58,574 nt of DNA, from NCBI GenBank assembly GCA_020051845.1, contig JAGVQG010000017.1:1-58574 (forward strand). The letters run 5' to 3'. Positions 1 to 8,704 of the stretch are shown one piece after another. Source of the DNA: an archaeon. Its GTDB lineage: Archaea > Nanobdellota > Nanobdellia > Woesearchaeales > ARS49. Each line of letters begins with the position of its first letter. Within the stretch, counting starts at the first letter, position 1. The notes under the pieces are model-generated. The model made no database searches, was not told the origin of the DNA, and saw nothing but the letters and a program-made list of their open reading frames with translations. A program made the position numbers and the translations under genes.

Positions 1-27
1 ATATAATTACGGCAAATCAGAAACATC

Positions 28-357
28 ATGAAAGAACTACTCGGAGTCCCTGCGTGGACAATTCAGCAGGTGCCACTTGTACGGCTCGAGACAAAACTAA
101 GAGAAGAAGGAAAACTCGACCCTGAAGACGAGAAACATCTCAACACTCTTTATGACATAATGATGTGGCACGTCGATTCAGGCAAAGAACACACGTGGAT
201 GAATTTACTTCCGACACGCATCCAGACAGAGTTCAAACAATATGTCGAACACGCTGCGATAAAGAGCATAGTAAAACTCTCGCAACTCTACAAAGGCGGC
301 CCGGATTGCACATACGATACTGATATCGAACATCCTGTCTGCTTGTGCTGCGATTAG
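28..357 (+). CDS. hypothetical protein, 109 aa, ends ...HPVCLCCD
   Basis: ATG ORF from the track. No family recognised by eye. Confidence 0.4.
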   Translation: MKELLGVPAWTIQQVPLVRLETKLREEGKLDPEDEKHLNTLYDIMMWHVDSGKEHTWMNLLPTRIQTEFKQYVEHAAIKSIVKLSQLYKGGPDCTYDTDIEHPVCLCCD

Positions 358-878
358 GACAAATCTATTTTTGCGAGCTCAGTGTACACAGGCCCCTGCC
401 GTGTGAGGACGCTTCGATATAGGACGAGCTTGTCGATCGTGAACTCCCTTGGCTCGACAGCGAGTTTCTGGATCTTTCCAGTCATTGGAGCATCGATGTC
501 CTCCTTGACCCTCGCGAGCGTGATGTGCGGATGGAACTTCTCATCTTTCGGGAACATGTCCTTGAGAAGGACATCGACCTGCTGCTGCAGTCTGATGACA
601 TCCTGCGCAGGCTCCACACCAACCCAGAGGACGCGCGGCTTCTTCCAGTCGGCGAACGCGCCGATCGGACCCAACCTCAGATTTATTCTCTTGGCGTCAA
701 TCTTCTTGATCAATGCCTTTAACGCATCCAGCTTCTCCTCATCCACCTCACCAAGGAATTTAATCGTCAAGTGCGGCGACTCGGGCAATCGAAGATGTGG
801 ATCCTCTATGTGCGTCTGCAGCGTGCCGACATAGGTGATGATGTCGGTCGGCAACGGGAATGCCAGAAATAATCTCAT
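354..878 (-). CDS. thpR: RNA 2',3'-cyclic phosphodiesterase / 2'-5' RNA ligase (LigT/ThpR, 2H family)
   Basis: Two HxT motifs, HLTIKFLG and HITLARV, with typical spacing. I start it at the internal ATG (MRLFLAFPLP, cat at 876-878). The Arg-rich upstream part of track ORF 354..1142 overlaps the TRAM gene. Confidence 0.8.
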   Translation of the reverse strand: MRLFLAFPLPTDIITYVGTLQTHIEDPHLRLPESPHLTIKFLGEVDEEKLDALKALIKKIDAKRINLRLGPIGAFADWKKPRVLWVGVEPAQDVIRLQQQVDVLLKDMFPKDEKFHPHITLARVKEDIDAPMTGKIQKLAVEPREFTIDKLVLYRSVLTRQGPVYTELAKIDLS

Positions 879-897
879 AAAAAAACAAAATACTCCG

Positions 898-1308
898 CTA
901 TGGCTGCTGTGGTTGCTCTTCGTCGCCGAAGTCTTCACTGTCCTCGGCGGCAGGTTCCTCGACAGGTGCTGCCTCAGCAGGAGCCTCTGACGACGCTTCC
1001 GCTGCAGGAGCTGACGCAGAACCACCGACGGCCTCCGCGAATCCGACCTTGCGCAACACTTTCGTGATGCGGATCTTAAGCTTCTGACCGGCCTTGGTGT
1101 TGGGCACGAAAAGGACGAAACCATCCTTCTTCGCGATGCCATCGCCCTTGACGCCGACAGCCTCGATCGTGACCTCCAATTCGTCTCCGACCTTCACGGG
1201 CGCTGTAGACGGACCTGTAGGACCGCCGCGTGGACTCCAAAATCCGCCACCACCGCCACCACCCATGTTATCGTTGTCTCTCCTACCGTATCCTCTATCT
1301 TCTCTCAT
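898..1308 (-). CDS. small TRAM-domain protein with Gly-rich N-terminus and acidic Ala/Glu/Pro C-terminal tail
   Basis: Core VKVGDELEVTIEAVGVKGDGIAKKDGFVLFVPNTKAGQKLKIRITKVLRKVGFAE matches the archaeal stand-alone TRAM pattern. AGGTGA SD lies upstream of the ATG. Confidence 0.8.
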   Translation of the reverse strand: MREDRGYGRRDNDNMGGGGGGGFWSPRGGPTGPSTAPVKVGDELEVTIEAVGVKGDGIAKKDGFVLFVPNTKAGQKLKIRITKVLRKVGFAEAVGGSASAPAAEASSEAPAEAAPVEEPAAEDSEDFGDEEQPQQP

Positions 1309-1565
1309 ATTTCACTTCACCTGTCTTCCGAGGAACGGACTCGTACAAACACGCAAGAAACCGCGGAATTCTCTTGACGCTCCGATATCCATTCTCGTAC
1401 AATCTGTAGGCAGCCGCTGCTGCACATCCTCACTTAGGCAAGGACCATATTTAAAGGTTATGCAATGGAGCAGAGCTCCATGCACACAAAACCAAGGGTT
1501 TTGTTGTGCAAGGATGCTTGTGTTATCGCGTTTGCCACCCGTCGGACGAGGGCGGCAAACACGGA

Positions 1566-1580
1566 TAAAAAAATAAAAAA
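1566..1580 (-). terminator. oligo-T tract (TTTTTTATTTTTTTAT on minus strand) downstream of radA
   Basis: A-run ataaaaaaataaaaaa on the plus strand about 45 nt past the radA stop. Archaeal terminators are T-stretches. Confidence 0.6.
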
Positions 1581-1623
1581 TCATGCGGTCGAAATGCAGT
1601 CTTAGACTTGAGATCCATCAAGT

Positions 1624-2610
1624 CTATGCATCCTTTATCCCGCCCTCATCCAGCACGTAGACGGCTTCTGTCTCAGCGAGGTTCGGAGAGTCTATCATCT
1701 TCGCCACACGGGTGCCCTTCTTTCCGCGACGCATATAGACGCGGTAGGTGCTGTTGTGACCTACGATGTGGCCGCCAATGGCCTCTGTCGGGTCGCCGAA
1801 GAACGTGTCAGGCTTCATCATGACCTGGTTCGTGACGTAGATGGCGATGTTGTACACATTCGCGAGCTTCGCAAGCGTGTGCATGTGCTTGTTCAGCTTC
1901 TGCTGACGGTCGGCCAATGTGCCACGGCCGACGTACTCCGCACGGAAATGGGCAGTAAGCGAGTCCACGATAAGCAGACGCACCGGCAACCCCTCGTTCT
2001 TGATCAGGTCTTCAACCTTCTCGGAAAGAAGCGCCTGATGGTCGGAGTTGAAAGCGCGCGCGACGCGGATGTTCTTCAGAGCCACATCCTTGTCAAGGCC
2101 GACATGATTAGCAATCTGCACTATCCTCTCAGGACGGAAAGTGCCTTCTGTGTCGATGAAGACAGCGATGCCCGCTGCTCCGCCTTCCTCGATGGGAAGC
2201 TGGCAGCGCACGGCAAGAGTGTGGGCAAGCTGACTCTTACCAGAACCATACTGGCCGTAGCATTCCGTGATAGCGCCCGTCTCTATACCACCACCAAGAA
2301 GCTTGTCGAACTCCTTGGAACCGGTGCCGATCTTTATGCAACGCTCCCTGCGCCGAAGCAGTTCGTCGCCTGACTCGAATCCCATCTGCAGGTTGGCCCT
2401 TGCGATGGCGATGATCTTCTTCGCGGTCTGCTCGCTGAGTTCGGTCGCACCGACAACCTCACCGGGCGTCGCGACAGCGATGCTCAACAGATCGCGGAAA
2501 CCCGCGGCCTCGAGCTTCTCGAGAGATGATGGCCCGATTCCGGGCAAGTCTCCGACACTCACAATCTTTTTCTTGGTTGGCGTTTCATCCATGATCGTTT
2601 CCTGTTCCAT
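1624..2610 (-). CDS. radA: DNA repair and recombination protein RadA
   Basis: N-terminal HhH ([17 protein letters not shown]), Walker [10 protein letters not shown], Walker B LLIVDS, full-length RadA/Rad51 pattern. Confidence 0.97.
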   Translation of the reverse strand: MEQETIMDETPTKKKIVSVGDLPGIGPSSLEKLEAAGFRDLLSIAVATPGEVVGATELSEQTAKKIIAIARANLQMGFESGDELLRRRERCIKIGTGSKEFDKLLGGGIETGAITECYGQYGSGKSQLAHTLAVRCQLPIEEGGAAGIAVFIDTEGTFRPERIVQIANHVGLDKDVALKNIRVARAFNSDHQALLSEKVEDLIKNEGLPVRLLIVDSLTAHFRAEYVGRGTLADRQQKLNKHMHTLAKLANVYNIAIYVTNQVMMKPDTFFGDPTEAIGGHIVGHNSTYRVYMRRGKKGTRVAKMIDSPNLAETEAVYVLDEGGIKDA

Positions 2611-2695
2611 ATTCTTCCTCCATTGCTTATATCATTTATGCACTGCCCCACGGAAAACGTGAGGTGTGTGAACGTCAAATCTCCGGACAATTCGC

Positions 2696-2702
2696 AAAAA
2701 AA
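2696..2702 (-). terminator. T7 tract immediately after the stop of 2703..3062
   Basis: Minus strand reads TAA TTTTTTT GCGAA. Confidence 0.5.
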
Positions 2703-3062
2703 TTAGACCACTTGAGCCAGTTGGTCTTCCTGCCTGTTCAAAACCAGGTACTTGAACGCCTCATCCAAGACAAGAGCGGCCTTTGGCAGGTCAGCCACGC
2801 GCATGGACGTGGTATGCTCCCACTTGTCACCCTTCTTGTAGGCGCGCTGCAGCGTAACGGTGTGGAAGGACGACACCTTGCCGTCCTTCACTGAATCGTT
2901 GCGCCAGATGGCCGCGCTTATGGCGCCTGTGCTGAACTTCTTCTCCGGCTTGTTTGTTTCTGTTTCCATTTTTGTCTCCGTCCCTTGCTGGACGGCATCT
3001 TTTCCGTCACTTTCGCATCTTGTTTCAGGGACCGTATCGCATACTTGCAGGTCCTGGGACAT
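2703..3062 (-). CDS. hypothetical small protein; possible PC4/YdbC-like nucleic-acid-binding fold (weak)
   Basis: The track start is GTG and I use the next ATG at 3060-3062. The C-terminal 75 aa, ISAAIWRNDSVKDGKVSSFHTVTLQRAYKKGDKWEHTTSMRVADLPKAALVLDEAFKYL, looks like beta-beta-beta-beta-alpha. The family call is tentative. Confidence 0.45.
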   Translation of the reverse strand: MSQDLQVCDTVPETRCESDGKDAVQQGTETKMETETNKPEKKFSTGAISAAIWRNDSVKDGKVSSFHTVTLQRAYKKGDKWEHTTSMRVADLPKAALVLDEAFKYLVLNRQEDQLAQVV

Positions 3063-3174
3063 CACTCATAGAAGTCGAGGCCGCTTTTATACGCCACGAG
3101 AGCATGTCCAGTGGGAAGTGAATGATATAATTTATATGAGATATCAACACATACACCAAAAAAGAGGTGATATT

Positions 3175-3372
3175 ATGGCAAAGAGCGTAGTGGACTGGAT
3201 CGTGTTGATCCTTGTCTTTGTAGGAGGCCTGAACTGGGGACTGGTCGGATTACTGAACCTGGACCTGGTCGCCACGATATTCGGATCAATACCGATCCTT
3301 CAGAAGATCGTGTATGTCGTTGTCGCAATAGCGGCAATCGTGCTCCTTTACGGCGAAGTAAAGAAGAAGTGA
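3175..3372 (+). CDS. DUF378-family small membrane protein
   Basis: Internal ATG preceded by AGAGGTGA. Signature GGLNWGLVG...DLVATIFG. Confidence 0.8.
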   Translation: MAKSVVDWIVLILVFVGGLNWGLVGLLNLDLVATIFGSIPILQKIVYVVVAIAAIVLLYGEVKKK

Positions 3373-3377
3373 AAATA

Positions 3378-3388
3378 TTTTTTATTTT
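3378..3388 (+). terminator. T-rich tract after the DUF378 gene
   Basis: TTTTTTATTTT starts 6 nt after the stop. Confidence 0.5.
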
Positions 3389-3390
3389 GA

Positions 3391-4197
3391 TTATCCATTT
3401 CTATTGAGCAATTTGTGCAACAATGACACCAACAGGAACAATGCGCCAGCGACAAGCACAATCGCGCCGCCTGCCGCGATATCAAGATAGAACGCGGCAA
3501 ACAACCCCAAGAAAACCGAAAGCAGACCGAATAGCGCCGAATAAACGAGCGTCTGCTTGAAACTACGCGAGAACAGACGCACGGTTATGGTCGGCAATAC
3601 TATAAGGGAGCTGACGAGCAGGACACCGACGACACGCATGGCGACAATGACCGTTATCGCGGTGAGCACCATCAACAACGCATTGAGGAAACCTATCGGC
3701 AAACCACTGGCCTTGGCAGCCTCCTCATCGAAAGTGATGTATAGCAACTCCTTGTAGAATATTATCACCGCGGCGACAACGACCACGCCAAGCACACCGA
3801 CAGTGAACAGATCGGCCTCGCTGACGGCAAGGATGCTGCCGAAGAGGAAACTGAACAGGTCGATGTTGAAACCTCTCGCGAGACTCACAAGCACGACACC
3901 AAGAGCCAATCCCATCGAGAAAATGACGGCTATGGCTGCGTCGGCGGCGACTTTCTTCTGCTTGAGCCATTGTATGCAGAGCGCACCCAGAACAGTCGTG
4001 CCGAGCGCAGTGATCATCGGCGGCAAACCCGTGAAGAGTCCCAAAGCAAGACCGCCAAATGCTATGTGTGCGAGACCGTCGCCAATCAACGATAGTCTTC
4101 TGAGCACGAGGAAGACACCTATCAGCGAACAACTGAGAGCGACGAACAACCCGGCGATCAACGCCCGCTGCATGAACGCGTATTGGAAGAAATCCAT
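3391..4197 (-). CDS. znuB: metal (Zn/Mn-type) ABC transporter permease, ABC-3 family
   Basis: Polytopic membrane protein of about 268 aa with the typical ZnuB/MntB-like sequence (MDFFQYAFMQRAL...). Adjacent to the ATPase. Confidence 0.8.
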   Translation of the reverse strand: MDFFQYAFMQRALIAGLFVALSCSLIGVFLVLRRLSLIGDGLAHIAFGGLALGLFTGLPPMITALGTTVLGALCIQWLKQKKVAADAAIAVIFSMGLALGVVLVSLARGFNIDLFSFLFGSILAVSEADLFTVGVLGVVVVAAVIIFYKELLYITFDEEAAKASGLPIGFLNALLMVLTAITVIVAMRVVGVLLVSSLIVLPTITVRLFSRSFKQTLVYSALFGLLSVFLGLFAAFYLDIAAGGAIVLVAGALFLLVSLLHKLLNRNG

Positions 4198-4198
4198 A

Positions 4199-4957
4199 TC
4201 AGTGCTTGTGCCTCACCCTCTTGAAGATCTGCTCGTTTTTCTTGACATCGTTATGCTTATGTGAAGGCAACAGGAACTCGATGCTGCAACCGTGATCCAT
4301 GATGGTCTTGTTGATGCACAACAACCTGGAAACGTGCGTGCTCACCACATCGGTATCGTGCGAAATCAGGACCAATGTGAGCCTGTGGTGGACGTTGAGG
4401 TCATGCAGGAAATGGTAGAACTCATGCTGAGATCTGACATCCACTCCTGTTGTCGGCTCGTCGAGAATCAGCAAATCCGGATCCGAAGCGAGCGCCCTTG
4501 CGATGAAAACCTTCTGCTGCTGGCCACCCGAAAGCTCACCCACGCGACGGTCAGCAACCTTGTCCAACCCCACCATCTTCAACACATCGCCTATGCGGTG
4601 CCTGTCATGATGATCAAGCGGCCGGCCGACGCCTGCGAAAGCGAAACGACCCATGGCGACGACCTCTTCGACAGTGACAGGGAAAGTCGCGTCGAAAGTC
4701 GTTGCCTTCTGCTGGACATAGCCGATCTTGTGCCAGTCCTTGAATTCCTTGATGTTCTTTCCATAAAGTCTGACATTACCTGAAGACGGCTTCAGCAGGC
4801 CGAGAAGCACGCGGATAAGAGTGGTCTTGCCAGCGCCATTGGGGCCGATAAGGCCTATGTAATCGCCTTTATTGATGACCGCATTGACGTGCTGCAACGC
4901 GACCCTAGAGCCATAAGAGAACGAGACGTTCTGGAACTCCACAATTGGCTCGTGCAT
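4199..4957 (-). CDS. znuC: metal ABC transporter ATP-binding protein
   Basis: Walker A GPNGAGKTT, signature LSGGQQQ, Walker B LLILDEP. The track start is TTG; the ATG at 4955-4957 is preceded by AGGTGA. Confidence 0.88.
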   Translation of the reverse strand: MHEPIVEFQNVSFSYGSRVALQHVNAVINKGDYIGLIGPNGAGKTTLIRVLLGLLKPSSGNVRLYGKNIKEFKDWHKIGYVQQKATTFDATFPVTVEEVVAMGRFAFAGVGRPLDHHDRHRIGDVLKMVGLDKVADRRVGELSGGQQQKVFIARALASDPDLLILDEPTTGVDVRSQHEFYHFLHDLNVHHRLTLVLISHDTDVVSTHVSRLLCINKTIMDHGCSIEFLLPSHKHNDVKKNEQIFKRVRHKH

Positions 4958-5024
4958 CAAATCACCTGCTTTTGACTAATGATCGAGTTGGATATCATAC
5001 TGGACATTATAAATAACCATCGAT

Positions 5025-5492
5025 TCAGAGAATGAGACCATTCCTTGCAAGAAGCCACAGGTCCAGCGCGCCAACAATGACGAGCATGACCAACTCCAAG
5101 ATCCCTCCTGTAGATATGAAACCATTGAGCCTGAAGTTCCAAAGCGGATGGAAAGGCCTTGTCCCAAGACGAGTAAGGCTGTCTGACAACAGGTGGGAAA
5201 TATAACCAAGAGCGATCGCGGCGCCCATCCAAGCATAACCCATGAACGCTGCGACGATCACCACGATCATGGGCGGGAACAACGAATGAAACACACCCCT
5301 GTGCTCGAAGAACAATGGAATCCAGCGCGTGAGCGGGAATTTCTTGTTGAAAGTGCTGCCCTCGTGATCCACATCAGGCAACAAAGCGCCGACAAGAACA
5401 AGAGGGAAGAATAACATGCCCCAGGACTCGACAAAAGGATAGACTGCGAGCCCTGCAAGAAGGCCGATCGCCAGATGAGTCTTGCCCATCAT
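5025..5492 (-). CDS. membrane-bound metal-dependent hydrolase, YdjM/DUF457 family
   Basis: THLAIG..., LPDVDH, HRGVFHS and SHLLSDSLT motifs. Its ATGA overlaps the rpa stop. Confidence 0.75.
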   Translation of the reverse strand: MMGKTHLAIGLLAGLAVYPFVESWGMLFFPLVLVGALLPDVDHEGSTFNKKFPLTRWIPLFFEHRGVFHSLFPPMIVVIVAAFMGYAWMGAAIALGYISHLLSDSLTRLGTRPFHPLWNFRLNGFISTGGILELVMLVIVGALDLWLLARNGLIL

Positions 5493-6493
5493 GTGCGTGC
5501 TTGAAGCCGGGCGAGTTCCTCATCCGCGTTCGCCTGCTGCACGAACTGCGCCACGAACTCGAGCCTGTCAAAGAACTGGTTCTTGGAAGCACGGCCGGTG
5601 ACCTTCACTATGTTCCCTAGCAACTCCGTCTTTATCTCCTCGAAACGCTCGGGAATCTCACGATAGGCAAGCAATTGCTCCGTGGTCTTGTTGGTCAGGC
5701 GCTCGAGCTGATTGCGGAAGAAAACGACGCGTATGTTGCCGCTGCCGTCATCGACATAGGCATTGCCGACCATGGACCAGGCAGCCTGCACCGCACCGTG
5801 CTCAGGACAGACGACCTTGCCACTCTCATCGGGCTTGCTGCGCTTGTTGCACGTGGGACATACCTCATAGTACTTAGGATCGAATACCTGCACTATAGTG
5901 CCCACGATCTCGGCGCTCTGGTCCTGCTCGGAAAGATCCTTGATCATCTTGCGGACAGCCGCTTGACGCTGCTGCGGCTGCGCGACATCACCCACAGCGA
6001 CGCCAGGAGGGTTGTGGACTATGGACGTCTGCGAACCAATGTGAAGCTCCTTGAAGCCGCGGTTGTTCTCGCGCACCTGCGCCTGCTGAAGAAGAATGAT
6101 GCTGTTCTCCGATATCGCCGCGATCTCGTCGGCCTTCTCGCCCCAGGCGACCACTCTGATGGTGCCTGTCTCATCGCCAAGCGTGAAAGCCGCAAGCTTG
6201 CCAGAAGTACCGTCCTGCCTGCTGAACTCGCGGGCATCGAACTTCTGCGTGACCTTGCCCGCGATCTCGACGCTACGCATGCCAGGGAACGCGTCCTTGA
6301 CCTTGAGCCTGCCACCGTTGACTATCAACTGCACACCGAGCTCGTTCGCCACGATGTGCGCAGCACCATCCTTCGAGATAAGACCTGAGAGCTGCGTGCA
6401 CTTGGTCTCGATCCTTGCCATGATCTCTGCTTCGGCAAGACCGCTCTTCTCGGCTATGCGCTTGACAACCTCTTCAAAAGGGATACGTATCAT
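5489..6493 (-). CDS. rpa: replication protein A (RPA) ssDNA-binding protein with OB folds and a zinc finger
   Basis: The N-terminal domain (IPFEEVVKRIAEKSGL...LISKDGAAHIVANELGV), OB-fold segments and CPTCNKRS...VCPEHG are typical of euryarchaeal-type RPA. The track start is TTG; the ATG at 6491-6493 lies about 28 nt downstream of a TATA. Confidence 0.82.
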   Translation of the reverse strand: MIRIPFEEVVKRIAEKSGLAEAEIMARIETKCTQLSGLISKDGAAHIVANELGVQLIVNGGRLKVKDAFPGMRSVEIAGKVTQKFDAREFSRQDGTSGKLAAFTLGDETGTIRVVAWGEKADEIAAISENSIILLQQAQVRENNRGFKELHIGSQTSIVHNPPGVAVGDVAQPQQRQAAVRKMIKDLSEQDQSAEIVGTIVQVFDPKYYEVCPTCNKRSKPDESGKVVCPEHGAVQAAWSMVGNAYVDDGSGNIRVVFFRNQLERLTNKTTEQLLAYREIPERFEEIKTELLGNIVKVTGRASKNQFFDRLEFVAQFVQQANADEELARLQART

Positions 6494-6517
6494 CAAACCC
6501 TGCCTCCGCAAACGGTC

Positions 6518-6524
6518 TTATAAA
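6518..6524 (-). promoter_or_regulatory. TATA box (TTTATAA on minus strand) for the rpa operon
   Basis: About 28 nt upstream of the rpa ATG, implying a leaderless transcript. Confidence 0.55.
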
Positions 6525-6567
6525 GATTTGTGGGCTTGAACGATATTGAAAAATCAACGGTTTGCAT

Positions 6568-7476
6568 TCACTGGCTTTTCCTGACCCTGATCGCGAAGCG
6601 CAAGACAGGACGCTCGTTGATGCCTGGCAATGCATTACCAATCCTGACCTCATAGGTCGCGACAGCGCCACCATCAACGGCCACGACCTGCGAAACCATG
6701 CCCAAGCCAAGGCTCTTGAGGCAGCTCACCGGCTCGATGTCACCATCGCACTTCCGTATCTCTTCAAGACCTTTCCTCACGGTGTCTGCCGTCGAAAGGA
6801 TGTCATAGACAGAGACGTTGATCGGATGCCTGAAATCGGGCCGCAGAGCGATCTGACCACAGGCATAAACCTGCTGTTCGACACGGGCAGGATTCCAGTC
6901 AAAGACAAACTCGGTCGCTTTGCTCAAGCCTGTGGCAAGGATGTTGATAGGCACGTATTCCCGTTGGGTCCTGCACTTGACAGTCAGAAGAACCGGCCGC
7001 GCAGTGTGACCCTCGATGATCGTCAAGTTCGGTTCGACTGCGCTGTAATAGACGAAATCGCGAGGCCTCTTGTCTCCAAGTATGTACGGGTTCTTCGCCA
7101 GTTGCCGTGTGAAGTGGTCATACTCCATGAAAGAAGAGAGGTCTTGAGAGATGTTCTCCTGCGATGGAAAGCACTCAACCCCGCGATCATACCACAGCGT
7201 CGTCGTGCCAAACTTACCACAGGGCGCCTCGTACCAACCACCATTCCTGAAAAGGTCCATTACCGCATCATAGGACGCGTGCTTGCTCGCGACATCGAAG
7301 TACTGCAAAGCCACCTCGCGGTCGTGCAATCCCTGCAACGCCTCTATCGAACTCTGACCCATGACCAGCTGCTCTTTTCCGACCACTGCCTGGGTGTTGT
7401 TCCAGAGACGCAGCATTATGATCACCAGACCGAGCACGCCAAGAACGAAAGTATACATGAACGCCTTCCTGTTCAT
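6568..7476 (-). CDS. prepilin-like N-terminus protein, 302 aa, no known domain
   Basis: The track start is GTG. The ATG at 7474-7476 is preceded by GGAGGTG and forms an ATGA overlap with the upstream stop. N-terminus MNRKA/FMYTFVLGVLGLVIIML. Confidence 0.65.
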   Translation of the reverse strand: MNRKAFMYTFVLGVLGLVIIMLRLWNNTQAVVGKEQLVMGQSSIEALQGLHDREVALQYFDVASKHASYDAVMDLFRNGGWYEAPCGKFGTTTLWYDRGVECFPSQENISQDLSSFMEYDHFTRQLAKNPYILGDKRPRDFVYYSAVEPNLTIIEGHTARPVLLTVKCRTQREYVPINILATGLSKATEFVFDWNPARVEQQVYACGQIALRPDFRHPINVSVYDILSTADTVRKGLEEIRKCDGDIEPVSCLKSLGLGMVSQVVAVDGGAVATYEVRIGNALPGINERPVLRFAIRVRKSQ

Positions 7477-8195
7477 GATGCACCTCCGCACTTCGCCGAG
7501 TCAACAAGCACATCCCTCGAGAAAGACGCATCATCTACAAAACATAGCGATGCGACACTTGAGACTTCCGAGACGCAGACACGGGCATCACCCTCGCGCT
7601 TTGTGACGCACGGCAGACCCTCCTCGCTCCAGACGCCTGATTGGCCTGAAGGAGACCTGCTCCAATAAACCCAAACCCTACCATCAGCGGTCACGTACTG
7701 CCAGCCGCCCTTCTTGGCGAACTCGCGCACGACATGATCATACTGGTCCTGGGGCGCGCTTCGCACCTCGACCCTGATCTTCGAACCTGAGGATGAAGGC
7801 AGACGAACGCTGTCAAGGACAGGATGGGAATCCTCGGCCATCATCACCTTCCAACCACCATAATCTATGGACAACGTGTTGGCCTTGGCAGATGCCGCCA
7901 TGCGCTGCCGCAGGGCAAGCTGTATGGACGGGAAGACCTTGTCGAATTCGGACTCGACATCGCCCAATGATATCAGAAACGCAAGATCGACATCCTGTCC
8001 CTCGTAGACCACCGGCGTGCGCAGGACGGCAAGAGCCTGTTGACGTTCAGAAATCCCTGTCAACGCCTCCATCTGGATGGTCTGCAGCCTCGGACCAGAG
8101 CAAGACTTGAAGAAAATCACGGCGAACAATATCAAGATGAACATGGCTATCCACGACCAGAATTCAGCTATGGACCAAAGCGCGCCGCGTTTCAT
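7473..8195 (-). CDS. prepilin-like N-terminus protein, 240 aa
   Basis: MKRG/ALWSIAEFWSWIAMFILILFAVIFF. ATGA overlap with the upstream gene. Confidence 0.65.
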   Translation of the reverse strand: MKRGALWSIAEFWSWIAMFILILFAVIFFKSCSGPRLQTIQMEALTGISERQQALAVLRTPVVYEGQDVDLAFLISLGDVESEFDKVFPSIQLALRQRMAASAKANTLSIDYGGWKVMMAEDSHPVLDSVRLPSSSGSKIRVEVRSAPQDQYDHVVREFAKKGGWQYVTADGRVWVYWSRSPSGQSGVWSEEGLPCVTKREGDARVCVSEVSSVASLCFVDDASFSRDVLVDSAKCGGAS

Positions 8196-8704
8196 CGTGC
8201 AGGAGTCACCAGCTCAATGTTCAATATGCCTGGATGATGACCGCCATCCGTCTTTATCGTCACAGGATGGCTGAAGGAGACGGACAACGCCGATCCTGAA
8301 CCGGACTTCGTGGTCAATGGCTTATACAGATCATAGCCATATTTGTTCCAGTAAATCTTGCATGAATGCTTCGTACATGTACCTTCATCGACAAGATCGG
8401 TGAGCACGAACCTCGCGCCCGTGAACTTGTTGTCAGGATGGCTCAACATGGCATCAAGAGTCTTGTCGTTGAACTTGGAGATATCCACGGACAACGGATC
8501 CGACCTGCCTGCGTCCACCACATGGAAACCGCCGGGAGAGTAGATGAAAAGCTGGTCATAGACCGACATCTGGGCAAGGCGCGTGTCAGAAGTCTGCCTG
8601 ACGATCCCCGCGACAAGCACGACCACAAGAACTATGACTATGGCGGTCATCACAGAGTACCTTATCAGCTCAAGCGCGTTGAAAGCCACGGCGCGCCTAT
8701 CCAT
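8192..8704 (-). CDS. prepilin-like N-terminus protein, 170 aa
   Basis: The track start is GTG; I use the ATG at 8702-8704. N-terminus MDRRA/VAFNALELIRYSVMTAIVIVLVVVLV. Confidence 0.6.
   Translation of the reverse strand: MDRRAVAFNALELIRYSVMTAIVIVLVVVLVAGIVRQTSDTRLAQMSVYDQLFIYSPGGFHVVDAGRSDPLSVDISKFNDKTLDAMLSHPDNKFTGARFVLTDLVDEGTCTKHSCKIYWNKYGYDLYKPLTTKSGSGSALSVSFSHPVTIKTDGGHHPGILNIELVTPAR

Noticed and set aside
879-1142. N-terminal 88-aa extension of the LigT-like ORF
   Set aside because: The extension is an Arg/Ser-rich low-complexity sequence overlapping the TRAM gene on the same strand. The 2H-family domain begins at the internal ATG at 878.
1309-1623. RNase P RNA or SRP RNA in the radA/TRAM spacer
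   Set aside because: GAGGAACGGAC only loosely resembles the CR-I GAGGAAAGUCC motif, and no CR-V or SRP helix-8 motifs were seen. It is kept only as a generic structured-region finding.
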